From NCBI GenBank assembly GCA_010909165.1, contig VJWM01000173.1, positions 1-64,000 on the forward strand: a stretch of DNA of 64,000 nucleotides, in the 5' to 3' direction. This document shows, piece after piece, positions 47,476-58,815 of the stretch. The notes below the pieces were generated by a model, which saw only the letters and a program-made list of their open reading frames with translations, was not told the DNA's origin and ran no database searches. Made by a program: the position numbers and the translations under genes. Each line of letters begins with the position of its first letter. Positions within the stretch are counted from its first letter, which is position 1. The stretch is from Anthoceros angustus. Lineage: Eukaryota > Plantae > Anthocerotophyta.

Positions 47476-49369
47476 ACAAGCACCAAGATGCAACACCGCA
47501 GAAACTCAAGGGACACACACAAGCAAAACATGGTGCACGGGGAGTACGAAGACCAGTTTTAAACAGCCAGCGAAGCTGTGATATTATAAACAAGATAAGA
47601 ATACAGAGGGCGACTGCCCCAAATCTTTTCATCAACTTTCTACTCAGGGAGTAGCCACCCTGTAATAATTCTACAAAGAAACCAGGATGAGAATCTGTGC
47701 AAGCCCTGGTGAGTTGATGCACCAAGGACAAGACCCTCAACCCCAGGCTTCTGATCCAAGTACGTCTTTCAGCCACTTCGTCAATCCTGGTGATGGAGAT
47801 GTGGGAAGCAGTGATGGAAATGTGAGAACCCAGAGGATCCTTGGCGGAGTGGCATGCCTCGCTCAGACTCCTGCTGCTGCTGCCTCCACCGCTGCAGTCT
47901 TCACTTCTATTACTCATCTCGGAACAAGCCTGCGAACCAGAGGAAGCCTGGGCTTGCTTCGAGGCAGTGCGAGGCTCATGAGACACCTCTTCCAGTGGAG
48001 CAGGGAGGGGAAATTCCACAACCTCAGCCTCCTCATCACTGCTGCCGCTGCATGCCACTGCCAGCGTCGCCTCCACCACCTCTTGCTCCTCCTCCTCGCA
48101 GACTTGCTCAGCTTCAGGAGCAGGATGAGCGCCCACAAAGATGTTGGAGAAGTCGAGCACAGCCCTTGGGAAGTTGGAAAGAGGAGAGCTCACAGGAGAA
48201 GAAGCAGAGGAAGAAGGGCCCGGGCCAGGCAGTTTCGGGGATCGGACAGTGATCCACTGCCCCTCCTTGGGGCTCAGCGGCGAGCTGCACCACCAATCCT
48301 CCGCCTGCTCACTCCCAAAAGAGCCTAAACCAAATTCCAATTCCTGCTTCTGAGCAGAAGAAGAAGCAGGCGCAGGCGCAGGAGCAGGAACAGGCGCGGC
48401 CAAGGCCCCTGCCCGCTTGAGAGCCAAGATGGGAACCGAATTCACAATGTCCGACTCCGACCTGGACTGGCTGTCCCAGCCGCGAGGCCCCGCGAAATCC
48501 ATGACGCTGGTAGGAGACTCCGGCAGCGGCACCTTCTCAGCAGGCTCGGGGCAGCAGAACTCCCCGGTGATGAAGGGATGCGCCAAGAGCTGCTGCGCCG
48601 TCCACCGCACCTTGGCGTCCCGCTGGAAGCACTTGTCCAAGAAATCCCTCCCCTCCTCCGAGAGCGAGGCCGGCATGGGAGGCAAATCCTGGGTGCACCC
48701 AATGTGAAACATCGCAGAGAAGGCGTTGGGAAGGTGGTTCCAGGGCGCCTTCCCGCTAGCCATCTCCACAATTGTGCAGCCCAGAGACCAGATGTCCGAA
48801 GCCGGGCCCCGCTCCACCTGCATCACCACTTCCGGGGCCATCCAGTGCGGAGTCCCCTTGATGGATTCCAGGTGCTGCCCGCTCCCGGGAGCCGCAATCC
48901 TCTTGGCCGCCCCGAAGTCCGCCAACTTCACCCCCTTGGCGCCCACCAGCACATTCTTCCCCTTGATGTCCCCGTGCACCACCCCCTGGCCATGCAGGTA
49001 CCGGAGCCCCTCCAGAATGCTCCTCGAGTACGCCCGCACCAGGCTCTCGTCCAGCTTCCCAGCGAATTTCTGCATCAGATCCGCCACGCTCCCCCCGGGC
49101 ATGTACTCCATGAACACATTCCGCATCGACTTCCCGTTCTCCACACTCCAGTCACTCCCGTAGCAGGAAACCACATAGGGAGAATCCAGACTCTGCAGAA
49201 TCTGCACCTCGTTCTCGATGGCCTTCAACTCGCTCTCCGCCTTATCAGAACATTCGATGGACTTCACAGCAAACAGCTCTCCATTGTCCCTGTTCAAGGC
49301 CAAATTCACCTTCCCGTACGCCCCTGCGCCAATCAAGCTCCCCCTGATCCAGGACCTCACTCCCGCCAT
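47357..49369 (-). CDS. MAPKKK: Intronless MEKK-type MAP kinase kinase kinase (MAPKKK13-21-like group), 670 aa
   Basis: Starting at ATG 49369: WIRGSLIGAGAYGKV, FAVKS, MEYMPGGS, VHGDIKGKN, KLADFG, GTPHWMAPEV, SDIWSLGCT, FHIG and RWTAQQLLAHPF. The ORF track's start at 49417 is a TTG. Confidence 0.95.
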   Translation of the reverse strand: MAGVRSWIRGSLIGAGAYGKVNLALNRDNGELFAVKSIECSDKAESELKAIENEVQILQSLDSPYVVSCYGSDWSVENGKSMRNVFMEYMPGGSVADLMQKFAGKLDESLVRAYSRSILEGLRYLHGQGVVHGDIKGKNVLVGAKGVKLADFGAAKRIAAPGSGQHLESIKGTPHWMAPEVVMQVERGPASDIWSLGCTIVEMASGKAPWNHLPNAFSAMFHIGCTQDLPPMPASLSEEGRDFLDKCFQRDAKVRWTAQQLLAHPFITGEFCCPEPAEKVPLPESPTSVMDFAGPRGWDSQSRSESDIVNSVPILALKRAGALAAPVPAPAPAPASSSAQKQELEFGLGSFGSEQAEDWWCSSPLSPKEGQWITVRSPKLPGPGPSSSASSPVSSPLSNFPRAVLDFSNIFVGAHPAPEAEQVCEEEEQEVVEATLAVACSGSSDEEAEVVEFPLPAPLEEVSHEPRTASKQAQASSGSQACSEMSNRSEDCSGGGSSSRSLSEACHSAKDPLGSHISITASHISITRIDEVAERRTWIRSLGLRVLSLVHQLTRACTDSHPGFFVELLQGGYSLSRKLMKRFGAVALCILILFIISQLRWLFKTGLRTPRAPCFACVCPLSFCGVASWCLCVEFVLCHKGLSKRLRNGLGRKPEQTLWSGICLCGVQSV

Positions 49370-50164
49370 CTCCCCAATTCCTGGCCTCCAAATTCCAAAT
49401 CTCGATCCAAATTTCACAACCCACCACTACCACCCCCACCAAATCCGCACTACTAAACAAACCGCTCCGTGCTCCTCCAGCACTTCCACACAAACTCAAC
49501 CACACTCCACTCCGCCGCCCGCCGCAGCGGCAGCCTCAAGCAATTCCACCCACAAACACAGGCAAAGCTTCTACCAATCCCTCCTTCCCGCCTGCCAGCG
49601 GATGCAACCGAACCCAACACCGCACCGGCAGCAGCAACCGCACCGGTCTCTCTTTCTCTGAGGGTCGTGAAGGTTTCAGGACGCGCAACGTCCAGCCAGC
49701 GCCGCACAAGAAGAGGCGAAGGGCCTGAGAGACGAAGGATGATCACAAACCTGCCAACCCGGGAGCTTTAAAGCAAGCCAGACTCCGGAAGTGAGGGAAT
49801 GAATCCCGCCACCATCTCCCACCTCGCCTTCTCCTTCTCTCTCCGACGATCGTCGACCCCTCGCCCGACGGCCCGTCCCCAGCGGCCCCCGCCCTATACC
49901 TTCCCTACCGCCTCCTCTCCCCCCGCTGGCCCCCCGAGGGGAACCGCTACCCCGGGCGCCCCCTCTCTCTACGCCCGCCCCCTATACTGTACCATGAGAT
50001 TCATATACATGGCCTGGTGCCTGATTATATGCTATTTCACCTTTCCCCTTTGCCCTTTCCCTTCCAAGTGACTCTCCCTTCCTTATTTCACTTTCCCTGC
50101 CCACCCCTGAACCGTGACCGTCGGGGGATGTAACAATTTCGAACCACTCCACTTCAACTGCATG

Positions 50165-50210
50165 GAAACGGCAACGGCAACGGCGACGGCAACGGCAACG
50201 GCAACGGCGC
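50165..50210. repeat. (GCAACG)n hexamer microsatellite upstream of the MAPKKK
   Basis: Directly visible. Confidence 0.95.
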
Positions 50211-52589
50211 GACTTACTAACACGCAGGTACTATACCACGTAATATACGTATCTTTTCTTGATATTCTGTTGTATTTACACCAATCGCACACCCACATCA
50301 CCCAATATTATTATTCTCGTCTGGAGAAGCCAGCATACATAGTCATCGGACAGAGAACGGGCAACGGGGAACGGAGAGGCCCCGGTTAACGCTGCCGTTG
50401 CGGTTGCCGTGGGACGGAGGGACGGCCGTGGAGTTACGGGAGCATGATGGCGTCCGTTACACGGACACGGCGGGCGGTAGTACCCGTTACGAATCCGGGT
50501 GCGACGCAACGGGGCCCGTAACGCGGTCCCCATGCAGATGCAGATGGAGATGCAGGGCCGTACGGGGGGTTAGGGCGGGGCCCGGGAGTCCGGCCCGAAT
50601 CAGGCCGGGGAGTAACACGGAGCGGTCGGACAGGAGGGAGCATTATTGGTGCGCCGGGGACGGGTAGGCAGCCATAGGGTGGAGGGGAAAAGGGCGAGGC
50701 CGGCGGCGTGGTCCAATCCGGGCGCCTGCTGCCAGTGGCGGCAACATGCGGCTAAGCTTCCGGGGCGGCGTCATAACCGGGACCACTCCGGGTTAGAGCG
50801 GTGCCCAATAATGGGGCGGCCTCGCAAGTCGGCACTATTTCAAATTTTCACATGCTGGGTCTGCGCTTGTCAGGATTTTTTGAGTTTTAGCGCGACCCCA
50901 AGTCACGAGGGCGGCTTGGCTGCCATATGGCTCGGCTCCGGGATAATATAGTCGCGGTTGCACACATCGCTTCACCGCTGCAACCGCTCCTTGACCTCAT
51001 CCACACGCTTGTTCCGGCTTCAAGAATGGGCCAATTCGGTCGAAGTTATCGCCTACCGCCCTCTTCCTCCTCCGCCTCCTACTCCCGCTGCCCCCCTTTG
51101 AAACTTTCATCCATCCTGACGCGATTTCTTCGACCTAGGGACCGTACACCCTTGCAATGTCAATGTTATTGCTTTCGTGGAAGCCTCGGTTTCATGCACA
51201 TCCTCTCTGCATCTCGGCTGGGCCAGGTCGCCGGAGTGCCCTGTCGGAAGGCTCGGCGTAGGGGCATGTTCGCGTTGGTACATGGAAGACTAGGTGGGGG
51301 ATTTTGTGGGTTTTCACTCTCCTTCACGCACCTATCCAAATCTCCATGACCTTTGAATTCAGTACATACTGCAACGGGAATGCACAATCAAACGGACGTT
51401 CCACGGTTTCCTACACCATTTCCCTTCGACCACGAGAAACGACGGTGTGGGTTTTTGTGGGTTTTCACTCCACTACACGCACCAATCAGCATCGTCAAGA
51501 CTTGAATACGCGCTGGGACGGAAATCCACAATCCAACGACACGTTCCATGTAACTATCCGACACCTCTTACTTCTCTTGGTGGACGGCACCACACATGTA
51601 CATACTTCGAAAAACGACGGTGTGGGTTTTTGTGGATTTTCACTCCCTCGTACATGCATACACGAACGCTCCGAGGGTGAAGCGAGATCGGCACCCTGCA
51701 TCAGAGGCGGCCGAGTCCGTTCCGCTAATATGACGGGCCCTTGAATGACTCAAAACGCGATCAGCGCGACTCCACGGTACTACGAAGGAGAGCTTCCAGT
51801 GCCAGTCACCGACTTGGAGTTAAAAACAGCCCAGCCCGCCGGACGGGATTCAATTCCGCTCCGCCGCATCAGAGCGGAGCGGACCGGGCTCCAGGACCTA
51901 ATCCGATCCCTGCTCCCCTGGACACGCGCAAGGGACCTAATCCGATCCCGCCGTCAGATTAGGTTTCCCCGCAGGCAGAGCACGCAGCATTAGCGATGTC
52001 TTAGCAGCTTGTTATGCGGGGAAACGGGATAACGCCACACATGGCACGCACGCAGGCGCCAGGTGACGGAGCACCCATTCCGGGAGCCGGACCCGGTGCC
52101 GGTCCCGGACGGCACCCATCGCCGACTGCGAGACAAACAAGCACCGGAAGAGTCGCGCCGGCCCGGCACTGGCCACCGCTCCCCGCGCCCGCCACCCGGC
52201 GCGGCGGGCGCCCCGGTCTACCACCCGGCTCCGATTGGCCGGCCGGGTTGCCCACTCCCGGCGGAACTCCGACTGGCTGGCGCGCGCGCCGGCAGTCCCA
52301 GTCCGGCCCCGGCCCCGGCCCCTGGCCCATAACATGGGCCCTAACGTGCAACACAACGTTAACGTCCAGCTTTTCGGTGCCTCCTACTGGCGCATACCAT
52401 TTCCGGCGGAGGCCACCAAACCCCTTCCCCGCCACACCCTCCAATGCGCCAATCGGAGCCCCAACGCTAACCCGTCGCTAATCCGGCCTCTAATTCGTGG
52501 CCCCCGGATCGCGACCGAAATAACGGGCGGCCGACGATAAAATAACACAAGTCCGGCAACTTGCACAGCCGCAGCTGCACTGGCCTGCT

Positions 52590-52790
52590 AATCACGCACT
52601 CCCGCTCCACGAATGGGGTTAGCGATAGAGGTCGCGACGGTGCTCCGTCACGCGACCGGGATGGCCTTGCTAATCGCGCTTGGCGAATGGGGGCCGCGAT
52701 AAAGGTCCCGTCCGCGACCGGGATGGCCCTGCTAATCCGGCTTAGCGAATGGGGGTCGCGATTCTGGCTCCATATCGCGGACGGAACGGG
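52590..52790. repeat. ~60-bp degenerate tandem repeat (GCTAATC...GCGAATGGGG...CGCGACCGGGATGGCC), 3 copies
   Basis: gaatgggg occurs at ~52611, 52685 and 52747; cgcgaccgggatggcc occurs at ~52651 and 52713. Confidence 0.7.
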
Positions 52791-53875
52791 GGGCCCCTGT
52801 GGGCGGCACATGCCAACGGGGCCAATAATGCAATAATGGCCTCCCCCCTGACATGCATGCATGCGTAGTACCACCTCATGCCATGCCGGAGCCTGACACC
52901 CGACACTGCTGCGGGCGCCAGGCCCTGCCACGGCGTGCACTGCGCTGGACTATGTACATATGTACATACACACATATGTACATACATAGTTCCCGCTCTT
53001 TTTTTTAACAGGGCTTCGTGCTTCGTGCCGGCAACGAGGTCGCTAGCTAGCTATTTATATTTTTTCATATGTAAGGAGGGGAGGGGAGAGGAGAGGCGAG
53101 GCGGGCTCGGACACACCCGCATGATATGGAGGGAAGTTGGTATATATATATATCACCGTCCACGACGGGGCCAGTGGAATATGTATGGATGTCGGCTAAT
53201 AATAACAAAAAACGGGGGCAGGGAGGGAAGGAAGGAAGGAGATGGAACCGGGGCCCGGGCTCGGGCCCGGGGTTGACCTTCGGAAAGGTGGTAACGGAAT
53301 GTGAGGGGGAAAGTGGTGGGTGATTGACCTGCGGAAAGGTGCAGTTGCATACATATAATGCAAAATTCCCGAGAGGAAATGGGGCGTAACGTGAGGGCGT
53401 GAGGGCGTGAGGTCACGTTTAGCGGCGGCGCCAGGAGGAGAGTTGGCGAGGAGGGAGAGGGAATGGGGGAATGGAGGGATAGTCGTGCTTTGCTATTATT
53501 GCCGGGAGCCTCTTTCGGGCTGCCGTCTGAGGTCTCCCACCAAACTAGGAGGCCCTGGCATTGCCTATTATAGTGGCGGAGAAAGCCACTTCTTGTTGTG
53601 GAAGGGCATCTGGGCGCACGTCTGCTCTCCTGCGGGCACATGCTCCTTGTGGGGCTTTGGGCTGGTCGGTTGCGTTGAGGGAGTGATGGAGGGATGGTGA
53701 GGGGAGGGGAGGGTGTGGCCTTTTTCTATTATTGTTATTATTTTAATGGGTGTGGAGCCGGGGGGGTGGTACGAGAACAGTTGGGGGCACAGTCTCAAGA
53801 CGGGCCAATGCCAGAATATTCCCGCGAACAAAATGAGCCAGGTGGGCCAAACCGGCCTGGTGTGGCTTAGAAGAT

Positions 53876-53879
53876 GATG

Positions 53880-53908
<29 letters not shown>
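53876..53908. repeat. (GAA)n microsatellite
   Basis: Directly visible. Confidence 0.95.
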
Positions 53909-53910
<2 letters not shown>

Positions 53911-54786
53911 TTATTTAAGAATTTTTTAGGCGAAATGGATACACATTTATGAGAAACGGGGTTGTTGAAGCATCCTGCGCTTGGAACGATACTTGATGGG
54001 GTGCCTGAAGGGAGTGGATGCCGTTGGTGCAAGTAGTTTAGGCATTAGTTTAAGCGTGTACAAGTTGTGAAGTATGTATGTATGTATGTACAAAGTCCCC
54101 CGTGTCCAAGTGGACTGGAATATATTCGTTTTAGAGGAAAATTCCGGCCGAGGGGACTATAGTATAGTTCTTGGATGGTTTGTGTCGCTTCGTGGCTGTT
54201 GCGCGAGTCAACCTCCCGGGTGCCATGTGGAGGGGCGTGCTGGGTTCGGCATCACGATTCGGTTCGCGATTCGTGGGTTCAGGATTCGTGGTCCACGTGG
54301 GCCGCCACGTCGGCGCTGCCGCTGCACCTAACGCCCACCGCCAAGGGGCGATTGGATTTGGGAGTTCGGGCCCGGGCCCGGGAATTCGCAGGAGACGTCT
54401 CGTGGCGTCGCGTCTCAGGGCAGGGGCGGGCCGGGGGTTGGGGTTGGCGTCACGCTCACCCTCGAGCCCCGGGCCGGTGCGTGTCCTGGGGCACACACAG
54501 CGCATGACCATGGACAGCGAGAGGCCGCGGCCCGCGGTGCGCCGTGCACTGCATTGCGTCGGCCGCATCACCTCATACGGCACGGCACGGCCTCGTGTGG
54601 TGGAGCTCCGTGGAGCGGGGATGCTCGGGCTCTGCGCACTCCGTGCTTCCGATGCTGCTGATGCGTATGGGCCGGGTTTGTGATTCGTGGGTTATGTTGG
54701 GTTTTTTCCGCTCCACACGTTGGCTCTTGTGGGTGGTTGCATCTCGCGGTGGGATGGTTGCTTCTTACTTTGTCACTGCTCATTGC

Positions 54787-54947
54787 GGTCTGAGGTCTGA
54801 GGTCTGAGGGCTGAGGTCTGAGGTCTGAGGTCTGAGGTCTGAGGTCTGAGGTCTGAGGTCTGAGGTCTGAGGTCTGAGGTCTGAGGCCTGAGGTCGGAGG
54901 TCTGAGGTCGGAGGTCGGAGGTCGGAGGTCGGAGGTCGGAGGTCTGG
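54787..54947. repeat. Heptamer array (TCTGAGG)n grading into (TCGGAGG)n, ~22 units
   Basis: Directly visible. Confidence 0.98.
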
Positions 54948-55639
54948 GGAGGTGTCGACCATGCCCAGTCCGCCACCCGGAACCGTTAGGTCGCACCTCG
55001 CGCACATGTATCTACCCCGGTACCAGCACAAGAAGTTGTTGACTCGATTTGGACAACTTGGTTTGGCCATCCATTCCTCTTGTTTGTTCGCTGCGGGAGC
55101 GAAAGAGCCCAACCCTCTTTCCAGTTGTTGACTGGATCGCGACAAGTGTGCGATGCCAATGCGCGCATGCCAAGTCCGTCTCCGACCCCAAATCAAACTT
55201 CCTTCCTCACACGAATCCCATCGCCCAGATCGCAACGAGGCCAACAAGGAAGGCCGGGAGGGCCGGGACCGTCACCGTCACCGTCACCCTGCTCCTTACC
55301 TCCACCTCCATTTCCCAAACAGATGCATCTTGCATGCGCCCAAGGCCGGCCAGGTGGACCACCCACCATCGCTAACTCGCCTTTCATCAACCCACTGCCA
55401 ACATTTCTTAAGCCCGCTCATCCGCACCGTGCTGCGGCCTACAGGGCTTGTGCAGCCTGCGCCCAACCCCACCAAGGGAATCGAATCAACCAGGAATCGC
55501 CCAAAACCCTTCCTTCCCTGTTCCCTAACTCCCCACATTCCCCTCCGTAACTGTCCCGCTGTCTCCACTCTCCTCCTCCACCTCTCGTTACGTTATGAAC
55601 TTACGCACACTTTGCGTACATACATACCCCACTGAACTA

Positions 55640-57200
55640 ACACTCCTCACACAGTCAAAGTGAAATACAAGTTCGCACATTGCATACTATGAGTCAAAAT
55701 ATGCTAGACACTTTGAGAATGGATGAAATATTCATTTGTGTTTCCACTGCCGTATTTCCTAAAACCGTTGCAAACATTTGACTTTGCCGGTTTATCTTTA
55801 TCTTGATACAGATAAAAAGGGGTGAAAAAGCTACTTTAATATATGTTATTTAACTTATCCTTGAGTGTAGTATACATGTACGCACATCAATGTAAACTCG
55901 AGAAGGATTCCAAGTCCTATCAATGGAAACTCGAGAAGGATTCCAAGTCCACCTTAGAATCTTGTCTAGTATCATACTAGAATTATTGGAATCAAAACAA
56001 TATAAGTTGAGGTAATCCCAACTCCCAAGATGATTTCTATACACCGTTTTGATAAATTGGCACAAACACGTGGATTCCACGCGTGACGGTTGGAGAGGGA
56101 CCACATGTTTAAGCATCTTGTTTCATAACCAAATGGCCATATTTACATTTCCCAATGATTTTAGAATCTGGAATATGGAATCGACATTAAAGAGTGGTTA
56201 ATGAAGCTTGCGCCACAACTATTTTGTCCCTAGTGGAATCAATATGGGCAAATGTTCAATTATGCTAAACCAATAGGATGTGTTCCAAGAAATAATCACA
56301 TATATATTTGTCATCTACCTTGCACTTAGCTGTCGTGCTCACATCATGCTCAAGGTCATTCATGATGTCGCGAAGGAATAACTTTGGCCACACTTAAGAA
56401 TGGGTGGTGAATGAAGGCCCGTAACTCCTGAAAACCATGAGTTATCTGACCCGAATCACACACAAGCATCAATATTTCCTGTTTTTGCTGTAAGTCACCT
56501 AAAACCAGGGACCCCTTTTCGGCTTACACATAACGTGTTTTACGACATGCTTACATGTGCATGTGATATCACTTTATGGTACCGTGAGTCTTATGTGGTA
56601 CATGTAGAGATAGAGACAAAAATCAACAAGAGGGTAGATATTGTCTTGCACCATTTCTTGGAGAGAATCTTAAAAAGGTAGCAGATCTATTAGTCCCATA
56701 GAATAAAATGGATGAATTAATTAAAAAATGATAGTTGAAAATGTGAGATTCTTTTTTTTTTTTTGGTATAGTAATTAATGTACCATGAGTTGCAACAAAT
56801 TAAAATCATGAGCCTCTATTTTCCCGGTAGTTCAATGTGTGAGGTATCAAGATACTAACATAATTAGGTGACATGAGGAAACACAAAAACATCATGATTT
56901 GGAGCTATTGTAATGAAACCCCATCTCACGTTTACAAATACAAGTCCTAAGTGTTGTCATTTTGAACCCACCAGGCCATTAATCATTTTGTTGTACTTAC
57001 CAAAGTACAATTTGAAAGGATGATTATTCTAAAAAATTTATATTCTTGTATAGGTAATTTTTTTGATAATATAGATTTGTATCCGTTAATAAAGTCCTTC
57101 CAAAGTCAATGGTATGGAGAATAAAATACAATAAAGCAATGCCTATGCCTTTTTCCTATCCATCCACTTGTGTAGAAACGCACATTAAAGTGTGAACAAG
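55640..57200. other. AT-rich non-coding island, probable TE relic
   Basis: Abrupt drop in GC between two GC-rich blocks. It contains a 22-bp direct repeat actcgagaaggattccaagtcc (~55897, ~55929). No termini were identified. Confidence 0.3.
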
Positions 57201-58744
57201 TTGACATTGTTTGAATTTCCCTGTATCCTATGCAATAGCATACCTAGTGGCAGGAGTGGACAAGAAGGGCGCCTTCACATAAAGTGGGCAAGGTGGAACG
57301 AGCCCACATGTGGAGCTCGGTCAAGAATCGGGAGTCGGAGCAGTTGGAGAAAAACATCACCCAATTCGAGAAGGGACGGGTTGTCGTAAGATGGGGAGCT
57401 GAAAGTCAAAAAGAAATTCCTTGGTGTTGAGCACAGCCCAAGGGATGGTTAGAGCGCAGAGCAGGCAGCGGAGAACACCATGTGAGCATGGGATGGATAT
57501 GCCCATGGAGATGTGGGAGACGATAAAATGCCATTGGGTGATTCAAAGGCTTGACAGAAGGTGGCGGGATGTTGGAGGATGGGAAAGTGGGGAGGACAAA
57601 GATCGGGGCGGAGCTGGCCAGCGGGCCGTGCGTGGCATTGGAGGCTGGAGCGAGGCGGGCCGCGGGCCGCGGGAGGAGGGAGGAGGGAGTCTGCGAAGCG
57701 CGGAGCCGGAACGAGCACCACATGGTGTTTGTGTGTTTGTCAGGAGCGGAGTGGCTGGGGGCTGGGTGGCTGGGGGCTGGGGGCTGGCCACTGGCAGCCA
57801 GTTGGATTGCACTGTCCTGGCCAGTAGCAGTCCGGTTTGTTGGGCAGCGCCTGCGACTCCACACAGTGCAATGGTGCAATGCAGTGCAGGGCAGTGGGCA
57901 GGGCAGTGGTGCGGCAGCGGCTGCCAATGGCATGGCGCCCGGCCCATACTGGGAAAATGGCTCTGGCTCTGGCTCTGGCTCTGCACTGTCTGCCCTGCCG
58001 CGTCTGCTTCGCCTCGCGAAGCGGCGATCGTAGATTCCAAGGCCACTTGCGGGCTCTCTTTGCGGCTAACTTGGCCGTTTGCTGGCAGAATAAGCGGTGG
58101 GCGCCTCTTCTTGGGAAAGGCGAGGGCGAGGCCAGGCGGGCCGGGCAGCGCCTGCCTAGGGCATTTCTCGGCTGGGCTTGGCTGGGCTGGGCTGGGCATA
58201 GGCTGCATGCTCCGATACTGTATGGAGTTGGGGTGCAGAATCTTCGATGTGTGCTTGTGATTCTGCTCTTGCCGTTGCTGCCTCTGCCTCTGCCACTGCC
58301 CTTGCCCTGCCCTGCCCCTGCCCCTACCCCCGCCCTTTCCTGTGGTGGTTATAACTTATGCCGAATCTCTCATAACCGCAACAAACTAAGGACGGCCGTT
58401 TTGGCCTTGCTCCGGCAAGGGAAGGGACATGCCGTAACTTCCTTGCTTGCCTTTGCTCGCACAGGCACCGAAGGCCCCAAAGCCCTCGGAGCCTGCCCGG
58501 CCGAAGTGGCCATGCCCTGGGAGGCTGGGAGGCCCGAGGCGGGAAGCGGGCCGGGCCGCCACGGTTTTGTTTTACTCCGTGACTCCTTGCTGTCCCTGTC
58601 CGGTAGGGCTAGCGGTGTCCCCGTGGCCCGTGGGGAGTCCGGGGACGGAGAATATGTTTGTGTAGTCTTGGTATGTACATACTATGTAGGAGCAACCGGC
58701 GCGGCTGTTGATTGCTGTTGGGATACAGTGAGATTACTTCCGCC

Positions 58745-58815
58745 TGGCTTCTGGCTTCTGGCTTCTGGCTCCTGGCTCCTGGTTCCTGGCTCCTGGCTCG
58801 TGGCTCCTGGCTCCT
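58745..58815. repeat. Heptamer array (CTGGCT[T/C])n
   Basis: Directly visible. Further short arrays lie at 59421-59480 (CCCGAGG[A/C]C), 59968-60001 (TCTAG) and 60313-60337 (GTAT). Confidence 0.9.

Noticed and set aside
48578-49456. 292-aa antisense ORF overlapping the kinase domain
   Set aside because: It is a shadow ORF expected from high GC3 codon usage and has no recognisable motifs.
57551-57560. TTGACAGAAG, matching the start of miR156/157
   Set aside because: Only 10 nt match and no complementary arm is evident.
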